Assembly (NCBI GenBank): GCA_037305845.1
Contig: CP147778.1
Coordinates: 1,344,001-1,408,000, forward strand
Source: Candidatus Freyarchaeum deiterrae
GTDB lineage: Archaea; Asgardarchaeota; Jordiarchaeia; Jordiarchaeales; Jordiarchaeaceae
Direction of reading: 5' to 3'
Length of the DNA: 64,000 nucleotides
Below are positions 1 to 11,662 of this stretch, in pieces. A program made the position numbers and the translations under genes. The notes under the pieces were generated by a model, which was not told the origin of the DNA, made no database searches, and saw nothing but the letters and a program-made list of their open reading frames with translations. Within the stretch, counting starts at the first letter, position 1; each line of letters begins with the position of its first letter.

Positions 1-287
1 CAACGGGACTAGTCATTTCAGCTCTTAACGCTAACTCACGCCCACTCTTATCCTCAAAACGAAACATACTCTCCCGCAGCTCTGAACCAGTACCCGTGGA
101 AAGAGAATCAAAGTACTCGAAGGTGGGAGTTCGGATCTCTTTAAAGCCCCAAAGCTCAAAATTCCTTCGTATTTCATTCTCTATAAAGCTCCTTTTTTCC
201 AAATATTCGAAGTAATAGTCTCGAGTTCCTTTAGGAGTTTGAGTCTCTTTAGGAGTTTTAGTCTTGATGAACTGAGTCCCTTCTCAT
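1..287 (-). CDS. HisS/HisZ family (histidyl-tRNA synthetase or ATP-PRT regulatory subunit), 5' part only; start anomalous
   Basis: Not in ORF track. Manual translation TPKGTRDYYFEYLEKRSFIENEIRRNFELWGFKEIRTPTFEYFDSLSTGTGSELRESMFRFEDKSGRELALRAEMTSPV matches the HisRS-family N-terminus. Runs off the left edge. The SD-linked ATG at 287 is out of frame. Confidence 0.85.
224..259. repeat. Imperfect 18-bp tandem duplication (encodes KTPKET/QTPKGT)
   Basis: agttcctttaggagtttg followed by agtctctttaggagtttt. Confidence 0.8.
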
Positions 288-700
288 ATTTTTGTCCTCC
301 AAAAAACTATTTTTTACATCGTTGGCTGGAAGAGATAAAATCCAAAATCAAGTAGCAAAAAGTCTTAGCGAATGTGGAAACAGTCAGCTCCAGCCACCGT
401 ATTACACCTTAGATAGATTTATTGCTTTAATCCAACGACCGAAGTCGTTTGGTTCTAGAGTTCCTCTAAAACGAGACATGATATAAAGGTTTTGGGACAA
501 AATTCATGTCCTTTTTTATTTGGGATTTTTCGCCGCTGGGAGTTAGGATGCCTTCTGGCAGAGCCTGCTTGCAGTGCTCTTGCCGCTGCCTGGTGTCGAA
601 GGACGGTGAGTTTTAACCCTCACACACGGGATTAGAGGATGCACGTACAAGGGAGCATTTAAACCCATCGACCAAACCATGCACTCACAAGGGTGACCGG

Positions 701-838
701 GCGTTAGCTTGTAACGTAGATGAGGTTTTCAAAGCTCTTCTTCCGTTTTTCGGGGTATTTTTCCATTTTTGAAAGCAATAATTGTTTAAATTATGAGGCA
801 GAACCGGGCTTCTCGAGATTAACGTTACAAGCTGGCGT
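701..838 (+). repeat. Long-range inverted repeat / stem upstream of tnpB
   Basis: agcttgtaacgt (706-717) and acgttacaagct (822-833) are perfect reverse complements, extendable by 5 bp with G-U pairs on the + strand. Confidence 0.7.
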
Positions 839-1029
839 GGAGAACAAGAACCAGAAATTCAAACCGGCTGGCGGAGCATCTGTAAAAGGGGCGAGTCAAA
901 AGTACGTCCCAAGGACAGATTTTTACGTTTAAACGGCAGTTTCATCCCAATCAGGCTTAAAATAGGTTAACGCCGAAAAAGAGTTAGTGAGCAAAGTAAA
1001 ACGGAAAAGAAAAACTTGGTGCATGAGCA

Positions 1030-2235
1030 GTGTTAGGGACAACGGTGATCAGAACGGAGCGGATCCACCTCAAGCCCAGCGGCACCCTAAGTAGGCTCTG
1101 CCGTCACTCCAAGAACCTGTACAATGAGGCAAACTACATCGTCAGACAAAACCTACTCAAGACTGGAAAATGGGTCCGGTACAACGAACTCGCGGGGATG
1201 CTTAAGGATTCCGAGAACTACAAAGCTCTCCCTGCGCAAACCGCGCAGCAGACCCTAAGGGTTTTGGATAGGAGTTGGAAATCCTTCTTCCGTGCCGTAA
1301 AGGAGTGGAAAAGGCACCCCGAAAAATACTTCAACCGACCCAAAATTCCTGGGTATAAAGAAAAGAATGGAGAGTTTCTTCTGGTTTTCACCAACCAGCA
1401 GTGCCGAATAATAGACCGGGAGATTCGGTTCCCTGAAAGGGTGGGTCTTAGGGTTGTAACGAGGCTGGGTGAAGAAAAAGTAGATCTGAGGGAAGTCCGG
1501 ATTGTGCCTATTGGTGTGGGCTATGCTCTGGAAGTGGTTTACCACAAAATTGTGGAAACAGTAAGATTGGACGAAAGCCGGATTGCTGGTATTGATTTAG
1601 GGTTGAGGAACATCGCAACCATTGTAAACAACATCGGGGAGAAGCCGATTGCTGTTAAGGGCGGTGTGGTGAAATCCATAAATCAGTACTACAACCGGGA
1701 GAGAGCCAGGCTGCAGAGCATCTACGACCGGCAGGGGATTAGAGCAGACTCCAAGCTACGAAGGCTAACGGAGAAGAGAAACCGGAAGATAAACGACATG
1801 TTCCACAAGTTGAGCCGTGAAATTGTAGACTGGTGTGTTAAACATTATGTTGGCGTGATAGTGCTTGGCCATAACCGTAACTGGAAGCAGAACTCTAATC
1901 TTGGAAGGAGGAACAATCAGAACTTCGTTCAGATACCCTTCAACAAGCTGATAAGTCAGATCCAGTACAAGGCGGGAGAAGTCGGAATAACGGTGATAGA
2001 GCAGGAGGAGGACCACACCTCAAAATGCAGCTTCTTGGATGGCGAACCGGTGCAGCACTTCGACAAATACGCTGGCAATAGGACGAGTAGGGGGTTGTTC
2101 CGGAGTTCAAAGGGGATAATTATTAATGCGGATGTGAACGCCGCATACAACATTGTGAGGAAGGCATTCCCGGACGCTTTTGCAGACGGGATAGAGGGTG
2201 TTGGGCTTCACCCAGTTAGAATGGATTTATTCTAA
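1030..2235 (+). CDS. tnpB: RNA-guided endonuclease TnpB (IS605 OrfB family)
   Basis: SKNLYN N-terminal motif, RuvC-I GIDLG, EEDHTSKCS, RuvC-III NADVNAA, C-terminal GIEGVGLHPVR. Confidence 0.95.
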   Translation: MLGTTVIRTERIHLKPSGTLSRLCRHSKNLYNEANYIVRQNLLKTGKWVRYNELAGMLKDSENYKALPAQTAQQTLRVLDRSWKSFFRAVKEWKRHPEKYFNRPKIPGYKEKNGEFLLVFTNQQCRIIDREIRFPERVGLRVVTRLGEEKVDLREVRIVPIGVGYALEVVYHKIVETVRLDESRIAGIDLGLRNIATIVNNIGEKPIAVKGGVVKSINQYYNRERARLQSIYDRQGIRADSKLRRLTEKRNRKINDMFHKLSREIVDWCVKHYVGVIVLGHNRNWKQNSNLGRRNNQNFVQIPFNKLISQIQYKAGEVGITVIEQEEDHTSKCSFLDGEPVQHFDKYAGNRTSRGLFRSSKGIIINADVNAAYNIVRKAFPDAFADGIEGVGLHPVRMDLF

Positions 2236-2280
2236 CAAAGGACTTCCAAGAAGGAGTAACTAGTTTTGTCCCAAGCCTAA
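2130..2280 (+). ncRNA. Putative TnpB omega-RNA (scaffold overlapping tnpB 3' end plus flanking guide)
   Basis: Positional inference from known TnpB architecture; probable element end GTAAC at 2256-2260; 5' boundary is a guess. Confidence 0.45.
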
Positions 2281-2419
2281 ACTTTCTGGTACGTGTTTTA
2301 AGGATTGTATTGAAATTTAAGCGCTTAGAAAGTTTAAAAGCATAGAATTGGATAAAAGTTACTTGGACAAGGCAAAATCCAAGTATTATTTAATATTTAT
2401 ATGGGTGCGCGTATTATAT

Positions 2420-2791
2420 ATGGAAGAGTACACTCGGCTCGCGGAATTTTATGGTACTAAGTTTAGTGATAGATTCAGGGAAGTCTACTGTAAGATAATT
2501 GAGCAAAAATTGAAAAAAAGGCTAGAAGATTTTCATAGAGATTTTGAGCATGGTATTAGAGTGAAATTTCCTACCCTCATTTACATAGTAAACTACCTGC
2601 TAGACCATAATAACTGCGATAAATTTGAGATGCGAGACTGGGTCGCGAGCAAAATGATAGAGGAAATCGAATTTGTAACAGACACCTCACTAGGTTTGAT
2701 TAAAAGCTACACAACTACTATAAACGCTCTCAAAAGGTATAAAATAATTAAAATGAGGGGAAAGGAAGTAAAACTTTTAGTTGATCACTAG
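2420..2791 (+). CDS. Hypothetical protein with C-terminal winged-helix-like segment
   Basis: ORF 2348-2791; ATG at 2420 is the more likely start; ends TTINALKRYKIIKMRGKEVKL. Confidence 0.55.
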   Translation: MEEYTRLAEFYGTKFSDRFREVYCKIIEQKLKKRLEDFHRDFEHGIRVKFPTLIYIVNYLLDHNNCDKFEMRDWVASKMIEEIEFVTDTSLGLIKSYTTTINALKRYKIIKMRGKEVKLLVDH

Positions 2792-2957
2792 CTCACTTCC
2801 CAAAAATTTCTATAAAAACAAAAATCACAAATATTCTCTTATAACAAATTGAGTAGATTTAATAGTACTCCGGACTTTTCTAACCCGCCCAATAATGCAT
2901 ACTTTTGTTAGCCGAGTTTAGATTTCAAAAAGGAGAATAAGTTTTTAATAAAAAAAT

Positions 2958-3440
<483 letters not shown>

Positions 3441-3786
3441 TTATACTCTGAGCGAGGAAACCAAATCGAAAAAATTCCATCTGTCAGAGCTATAATAAAA
3501 ATGGCGTAGACGGAATATTTAAAATTATTCAACAATGCAACCCACATTTTTTATTAAAACTCAGTTTTTCTGCATATTAACATAAATAATAAAAAATATC
3601 ATTCATTTTAAAGAAAGCATCGAATAATACAATAACCCAAAAAAAGGCAACTGAACGAATCTGCACTCAGCATCAAAACATTCATTTCGAGAAATAGCGA
3701 AAATGGAAGATGTAAAGTTTAAATAGACTAGCGCTTAAAGGAATTGTTTAATCCAAACTCACTTGACTAAAACAGGGTGATAAAAA

Positions 3787-4353
3787 TTGCCGGGTGCACT
3801 AAGCGTAAAGTACGATTTCATCGAAATAGGAATAAAACTAGAGCTATGGGGAACATTAGCAACTTGTCTAGGAATCGTAGGCATCACCACCGAAATTCTA
3901 ACCAGAATGATTTTCACACCCATGCCCCCCACCTACCCCGACTATATAAGAATATTCATCATCCTCGGCGCAAGCCTGATAATAACAGGAATTATAATAA
4001 ACTACCTTACTTCCAGATGGATGAAAAAAGAAACCCAAAAAGAACAAAAACAGAACAAAAAACCCCAAAAATTGGAAGAACTTCAAAAAAACCTTAAGGA
4101 CCACACGGAACACTTCGGATACCGGCTACAAAAAGGTGCAATATCATTCTTCAGCGTAGGAATACTAACATTCGCCTATGCCTTGATAGCAGTTAACAAC
4201 ATACTCAGAAGATACATCAGCTATAACGTATACGGCGATTACGACATATTCATGTCACTAATAATAGCAACAGCCTGCTTCGCCACAGCAGCAGTCCTGC
4301 TAGTATACGGAGAATACTGGATAAACAGAGCCAAAAAAACCCAAACAACCTAA
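3787..4353 (+). CDS. Four-TM membrane protein of unknown function
   Basis: Two pairs of hydrophobic helices separated by a K/Q-rich linker; GGTGA SD before TTG. Confidence 0.7.
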   Translation: MPGALSVKYDFIEIGIKLELWGTLATCLGIVGITTEILTRMIFTPMPPTYPDYIRIFIILGASLIITGIIINYLTSRWMKKETQKEQKQNKKPQKLEELQKNLKDHTEHFGYRLQKGAISFFSVGILTFAYALIAVNNILRRYISYNVYGDYDIFMSLIIATACFATAAVLLVYGEYWINRAKKTQTT

Positions 4354-4444
4354 AAACAACACATTAAAAAACAACTACTTTTTTGCATTACTCTTTATTC
4401 CAAAAAAAAGTTAAAAAAGATGAGGGGGCTAGTGAGAGATTGTC

Positions 4445-6691
<2,247 letters not shown>

Positions 6692-6719
6692 TTAGATCCT
6701 CCAAATATAATAACTATTA

Positions 6720-7130
6720 TTACCTTTCATTCATTTCTTTTATTAGTGTTTGCAGGCGTTTTAATAATCCGAATTCTTCGTCCATGAAGGATAGTAGGTT
6801 GGATATGGATTCTGTAAAGTATCCTAGCATTTCTTGGAATAGTTTGTCGCCAGAGTTTGTTAAGTAGTAGACATGTCTTTCTGGTCCTCTCTCTCCTTCG
6901 GGATGGAAAGATTCGCTTCTTATCCATCCGTCCACCTGTAAGCGTTTAAGAAGTGGATATATGGTTCCGGGTTTGAGTTCAATTTTTCCGTCGCTTATTG
7001 TATGCATTCTTTTTGAGATTTCTGCTCCGTGCATTGATTCGGTCTTTAGTAATGCGAGCACAATTAGCTCCAGTGTTCCTCGGTTAAGTTCTCTTGTCCA
7101 GAATTGTAATTTCTTTTGAAGTTCATCCAT
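6720..7130 (-). CDS. PadR-family transcriptional regulator
   Basis: RGTLELIVLALL, HGAEI, PGTIYPLLKRL, YYLTNSG; 31 bp upstream of cdc48. Confidence 0.9.
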   Translation of the reverse strand: MDELQKKLQFWTRELNRGTLELIVLALLKTESMHGAEISKRMHTISDGKIELKPGTIYPLLKRLQVDGWIRSESFHPEGERGPERHVYYLTNSGDKLFQEMLGYFTESISNLLSFMDEEFGLLKRLQTLIKEMNER

Positions 7131-7177
7131 ATTTTAGCCTGCCAAGATTTTTGTTAGTAGATTATTGTTATGTGCTG

Positions 7178-7220
7178 CAATATATAGCATGACTATGCAT
7201 TGAGCGGCGTTATATAAGTT
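7178..7220 (-). promoter_or_regulatory. padR-cdc48 promoter: TATA box plus palindromic candidate operator
   Basis: TTATATAA at about 7210-7217; caatatatag-N5-ctatgcattg inverted repeat (8/10 match) at 7178-7202. Confidence 0.55.
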
Positions 7221-7401
7221 TTGTGGAAAAACTGTCAGGTTATAATCGTAATTGTTATACGCAAAAACTATTTAGCATTGCGAGAGAATAATTATGGTTA
7301 TATGTAGATAGAAAAACAGATAGCAACAAGCCAGTTAACTAACTAAAACTTTTTATTATTTTAAATATTTGAGCCAGAGCGAGAGATCTTCCGGTGGTTT
7401 G

Positions 7402-8358
7402 ATGGCCAAGGGTAAGAATTTGGAAACTGCTATTAGGGATGCAGAGAAAAATTATTCTGTGGGTAGAATTCTTGATGCGGCCAGGGACTTTCAAACAATT
7501 TCTATTGTTTTTGGGGGGATGAAGGATTATTCATCCGCAGCTAGATTTGCTGCCAAGTCTGGTGATTGTTGGGTTGAGAACAGTGATCCATTAAAAGCGG
7601 CTGGTTTATACGAAAGTACTGCGCAGTACTTTGAACTTCTTAATGATAATGAGAAACATCAACTTTATTATAGGAAAGCTTTGGTTCAGTGTATTCTCGC
7701 GGATAGAAAGGGGGAGAAAACAGGAAAGGTGGCTCTGGCGCGTAATTTGAGAAGAGCCGCGATTTGCCAGTGTAAAATTGATGAGAATATTACGGTTTCG
7801 CAGTATTACCGTAGAGCTGCGGAGCTCTTCATGTCTGCAGCAAAGGACAATCAGGAGAAGGGACTATTTGATGAGGGATTTGACCTTTACAGGTCAGCCG
7901 CAGAGTGTTATTCCCAAATTAGAGATTATTCATCAGAGACTCTTAGCCTGATAGAGGCGTTAATATGTTTGAATAAAATTTTTGAAAACTATTTGCCCAA
8001 TCGTGAGGAGGAAGATTACAAGGAAATTATAAATAGAGAATTGAATAGATTCAATAACACTATTGAGGATTTGTTGAAAGATCTGGAGTTAGTTGATCGG
8101 TTGGATGGTGAGATTCTGGAACGTTTAATGCTTTCACTAGTAATGAGTTTAAATGTCACTATTACACTGGGGAATGGAAATGTGGAGATAGCACGATTGT
8201 TAGAAGGAATTGGAAGAGTAGTTAGAGAGAAGGGTGAAAGCAAGAGGGGGATAAAAATTTTAGAAGAGATTATTCCAAGTTGCAATTTTAGCAGCAGTCG
8301 GGTGAGAAAAGAAGTTATCAAGAGAATAGAAGAGTTGAAGGAGCAATCTGAGGGCTAA
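7402..8358 (+). CDS. SNAP/TPR-like alpha-helical repeat protein
   Basis: Repeated AAxxY/FxxAAxCY helix pairs (AARFAAKSGDCW, AAGLYESTAQYF, YRSAAECYSQI); ATG at 7402 with GGTGG SD. Confidence 0.7.
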   Translation: MAKGKNLETAIRDAEKNYSVGRILDAARDFQTISIVFGGMKDYSSAARFAAKSGDCWVENSDPLKAAGLYESTAQYFELLNDNEKHQLYYRKALVQCILADRKGEKTGKVALARNLRRAAICQCKIDENITVSQYYRRAAELFMSAAKDNQEKGLFDEGFDLYRSAAECYSQIRDYSSETLSLIEALICLNKIFENYLPNREEEDYKEIINRELNRFNNTIEDLLKDLELVDRLDGEILERLMLSLVMSLNVTITLGNGNVEIARLLEGIGRVVREKGESKRGIKILEEIIPSCNFSSSRVRKEVIKRIEELKEQSEG

Positions 8359-8581
8359 AATTAGCGAGAATTATTGATTTGTGCGGATATTGATTCGTTT
8401 TTAAAGTGAACTATTATTCTTGGTTATTTTGCTTGGTTTTTGGGGTTTATGTTTTTTTGTATAATGTTGGTTTTCTATTTTTTTATTGTGTGGTTAGATA
8501 GAGTTTAAAAATGTGAGAATAAATGTATTAGTTAAGATTTAGTTTAGTTAGGAATCGATTTTAATTTTATGGTGAATCATA

Positions 8582-9283
8582 ATGCCTCGTAATGGGAAAC
8601 AAGAAAGCATTTCGATTGCCGAGGCTGCGAGACTGATTGTGAGTAGTAAGCCGTCTATAATCGATGGTTTGCGTCAGGGAGTGATTAATTTTTCGGCACT
8701 AGCGGACATGATTAAGGAGCAAGTGAGGGAAATGGTGGGTAAGGAATCGGTGAATGTTGATTCTATTAAAATGGCTTTAATGCGCTATGCTGAGGAATTA
8801 GAATCGAAGAAGCAGCTATTGGAAAAACAGATTGTGGAAGTTGTTGCCAACAGTATTCTGGAGCTTAAAAACGATGTGGCTGTTTTGACCATTAATCAGA
8901 AGGGATTCATTGTCCGCATCGATCAAATTTTCAAATCTCTTAACTCTTTTCGCTTCCTTCAGTTGACCCAGGGAACAGAAACCTTTACAGTAGTATCGGA
9001 TCTGCAGAGTAAAGCAAAAATTGTAGAAGTTGTGGGTGAATCGAACATAGTTTTGAGGATCGAAGATCAGTCTGCAATTGTGATTATAAGCCCCAAACAG
9101 ATTTTTGAGGTCCCTGGAGTTATTGCTTACATTACAGACTTGCTATCTACTAATGGTATAAATATTACACAAATCATTTCCTGTTACACTGATACCTTGT
9201 TGATAGTTGATAGGAAGGATGCTTTGAAGGCTTACCAAATGCTTGAAAACAAGATACTTTCCCTGCGTAAAATTTTGAAATAG
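8582..9283 (+). CDS. Archaeal ACT-domain protein (N-terminal helical/HTH region plus tandem ACT)
   Basis: GVINFSALA N-terminus; PGVIAYITDLLSTNGINITQIISCYTDT ACT motif. Confidence 0.85.
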   Translation: MPRNGKQESISIAEAARLIVSSKPSIIDGLRQGVINFSALADMIKEQVREMVGKESVNVDSIKMALMRYAEELESKKQLLEKQIVEVVANSILELKNDVAVLTINQKGFIVRIDQIFKSLNSFRFLQLTQGTETFTVVSDLQSKAKIVEVVGESNIVLRIEDQSAIVIISPKQIFEVPGVIAYITDLLSTNGINITQIISCYTDTLLIVDRKDALKAYQMLENKILSLRKILK

Positions 9284-9370
9284 GGTGTCATGAGATAAAA
9301 ATTATTTGTATGAAGAAAAATTTTTAGAGGCTTTTGCGGTCAAGTTTTTTGAAGATTCATGGCGATAGCT

Positions 9371-10636
9371 TTACTGTTTTGCTCCGCACTTAGGGCAAAT
9401 TTTCGTCCATTCTGGAAGCTCTGTTCCGCAAACGCCACAACGTTTGTAACCTTCTCTAGTTTTAGCGGAAACATCGGCCTCAGAGGTTTTGAAGAACTGG
9501 CTGGGCGGCTCAGCACAAGGAGCAGGACTGCCTCGAGTTGAGAGTTTTATTAATGGTCCACCTGGAGTCTGAATGTATTCATCTCCCTGAATATAGCCAG
9601 GGATTTTCCCCTGATTTATTAGATTCGAGATAGCATCGGTTAGCTCGTTATCCGCCTTACATACTCTCCAAGCCATATCGCTTAACTTTATTCTACTATA
9701 GAGATTCTTCCCAACAATTTGAGTCTGCTGAATTGGTTTAGCTGGTGCGCTTACTTTTGGTGTCAAAGCCGGCTCGGTGTACGTGGGTATGGGTCTAGGG
9801 GGAATTGCGGCAGCGGGTGTGGATACGCGTAGTTCTTTTTGTGGGCGTGGCGGGGGGGCTAATTGAGGTGTTTGTGGTTTTAGGGGTGGTTGAGGTGGAA
9901 TTGAGATTTTTAAGGCGGGTTGTGCGGTTTTAGGTTTGGCAACTAGTGGTTCTGGTTTTTCTTCCAATTTTGGTTTTGTTTTGGGCGGCGTTATTAGTGG
10001 TGATTCTAATGGTTGGGTAACCAGTTGCCATTCATCACTCGGTTCTTGAATTGTTGTTTCTGGCTGTGGGGTCACTTTTCTTTCTTTCAGCGGTTGAGGT
10101 TCTGATGCAGCCCAATGGGGTGAGACTGTTTCCTGAGAGTTTTCCTTGCTTGTCTGTGGTTCTGGTCCAGCTGTTTCAAGAGCTATTTTTTCAAACATAT
10201 CCATTGAGTTCTTATCCTCAGTATTCTGAGTCTCCTCCAAGAAAGTGTCTAGAGTTTCTTCTTCTGTATTTTTTTGAGGAAGTAGTTCTTTGTAAGAGCT
10301 TAGTACTTGTTCCACGAGTTGAATTTCATCTTCGGTGTACTTGTTTTTTGTACTATTCCAGTATTCAACGGCCTTGTCAAAGTTGCCGGAGGTTAGCTCT
10401 TTGAGTGATAAGGCGAAAAGATAATGGTGATCTTTTATTTTGCCTTTTTTACATGATTCTAGTGCTTTCTCAGTGAAACCTGCAACTGAAGCGGAATCTC
10501 CATTAGATATACTGTAGTAGCCTGCCAATACGAAAAAATCTGATGCAATATCATATGCTTCCTCTCCAAGGAGCAGGTTGGCTGTCTCTGAATAGTATTC
10601 AATCTTTCTTTTTACTTCGCCCTGCTTATTAGCCAA
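9371..10636 (-). CDS. Multidomain protein: SNAP-like helical domain, Pro-rich linker, PCI-like winged helix, zinc ribbon
   Basis: N-terminus aligns by eye with C-terminal halves of the two upstream genes; PPQPP and PPPRP; YSRIKLSDMA...LINQGKIPGYI; CGVCG...CPKCG. Confidence 0.7.
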   Translation of the reverse strand: MANKQGEVKRKIEYYSETANLLLGEEAYDIASDFFVLAGYYSISNGDSASVAGFTEKALESCKKGKIKDHHYLFALSLKELTSGNFDKAVEYWNSTKNKYTEDEIQLVEQVLSSYKELLPQKNTEEETLDTFLEETQNTEDKNSMDMFEKIALETAGPEPQTSKENSQETVSPHWAASEPQPLKERKVTPQPETTIQEPSDEWQLVTQPLESPLITPPKTKPKLEEKPEPLVAKPKTAQPALKISIPPQPPLKPQTPQLAPPPRPQKELRVSTPAAAIPPRPIPTYTEPALTPKVSAPAKPIQQTQIVGKNLYSRIKLSDMAWRVCKADNELTDAISNLINQGKIPGYIQGDEYIQTPGGPLIKLSTRGSPAPCAEPPSQFFKTSEADVSAKTREGYKRCGVCGTELPEWTKICPKCGAKQ

Positions 10637-10712
10637 TACTAATCACCAAATTATTATTCTTAATGAATTCATACCTTGCAGTATTTATTAACCTTCGTGG
10701 ATTAAGAAATGG

Positions 10713-11471
10713 TTATTCAGCGCTTTGAAGGCATTGTTTTATAATTTTTAACTCTGATTCACTCAGGTTGTCTTTAATTTTGTTAAGGGATTGTTTAGCT
10801 GCTTTGAGGGAGCCATCACAAATGGCTTTGCTCAGAGTGGCTAGTTCACGATTTTCATCTAGAATATTATTTTTTTCGCATATTTTTAAAGCTCTATCCG
10901 AATTTTTAATGGCATCTTCTCTATTAGAAATAGCAAAGTTACACATCGATGCCCATGCCAGATTAGCTGCTACATAACCATAATCTTTTTCTTCTAGCAA
11001 CATTTCAGCGTATTCTAGATAATTTTGAGCCGCTAATGTAAAAAAATTCTTACAAGCATTCGAGTTGTGAAGAGCCTTGTTGGTTATTGCTGCTTCGCTG
11101 TAAAGGAGCGCCGCGGATGCGAGATTGCCTGCAGTAGTCATTTTTTCTCCTTGAGCGGCGTAGATTTCTGCGGCTTCTCTCATGAATTTTTTAAACGCCT
11201 CGTCATTTCCAAGATTCTTATGACATTGAGCGATGCCTTCGGAATCCATAGCTACTGAGACGGCATAGTTTAGCTTTTTATGATGTTTGCTGGCTTCCGA
11301 ATAACATGTTATGGCTGTTTTATAGTCTTTAAATTTAGAGTAGCAGTCGCCCGCTTCTTTCAATTTATCTGCAGCCTTCTCGATAAATTCTTGACCAGCA
11401 ACAGTGCCAGTGGCTTGTGATTCATAATTCCTTGCTTTGTTAAGCATCGCTTCACAATCTTTTTCGTTCAC
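10713..11471 (-). CDS. Alpha-SNAP (NSF attachment protein)-like helical protein
   Basis: EKAADKLKEAGDCYSKFKDYKTAITCYSEASKHHKKL resembles alpha-SNAP N-terminal helices. Confidence 0.65.
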   Translation of the reverse strand: MNEKDCEAMLNKARNYESQATGTVAGQEFIEKAADKLKEAGDCYSKFKDYKTAITCYSEASKHHKKLNYAVSVAMDSEGIAQCHKNLGNDEAFKKFMREAAEIYAAQGEKMTTAGNLASAALLYSEAAITNKALHNSNACKNFFTLAAQNYLEYAEMLLEEKDYGYVAANLAWASMCNFAISNREDAIKNSDRALKICEKNNILDENRELATLSKAICDGSLKAAKQSLNKIKDNLSESELKIIKQCLQSAE

Positions 11472-11662
11472 AGCTTTCCCACCGAGAACGCTCTACAATC
11501 TAAATACAACTTTGCTAACTTATATGTTTTGAGGAATCAACAATTATCATCATCATCATCATCTTTAAGAAGAATGTTTTCTAATAATAATTTTCCATTT
11601 TATTTCTAAGCTTGCGGAGGCATCATAATTTAAAGTATCATCTTGGTAGCGTTATGATTATT

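Larger units (their letters stand above)
487..2278 (+). mobile_element. Non-autonomous IS200/IS605-family (IS1341-like, tnpB only) element, possibly nested in a TIR-bounded element
   Basis: tnpB without tnpA; GC-richer than flanks; probable right end ...GGAGTAAC at 2260; imperfect inverted repeats aggttttgggacaaaa (487-502) and ttttgtcccaagcct (2264-2278). Left boundary uncertain. Confidence 0.6.

Noticed and set aside
292-932. ORFs 292-486 and 720-932
   Set aside because: Short, no recognisable motifs; they overlap the His-gene promoter region and the element's left region
3777-4097. 106-aa Arg/Asn/His-rich ORF
   Set aside because: Alternative frame of the membrane-protein gene in A/C-rich sequence
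11546-11563. (ATC)n microsatellite
   Set aside because: Short, intergenic, no evidence of function
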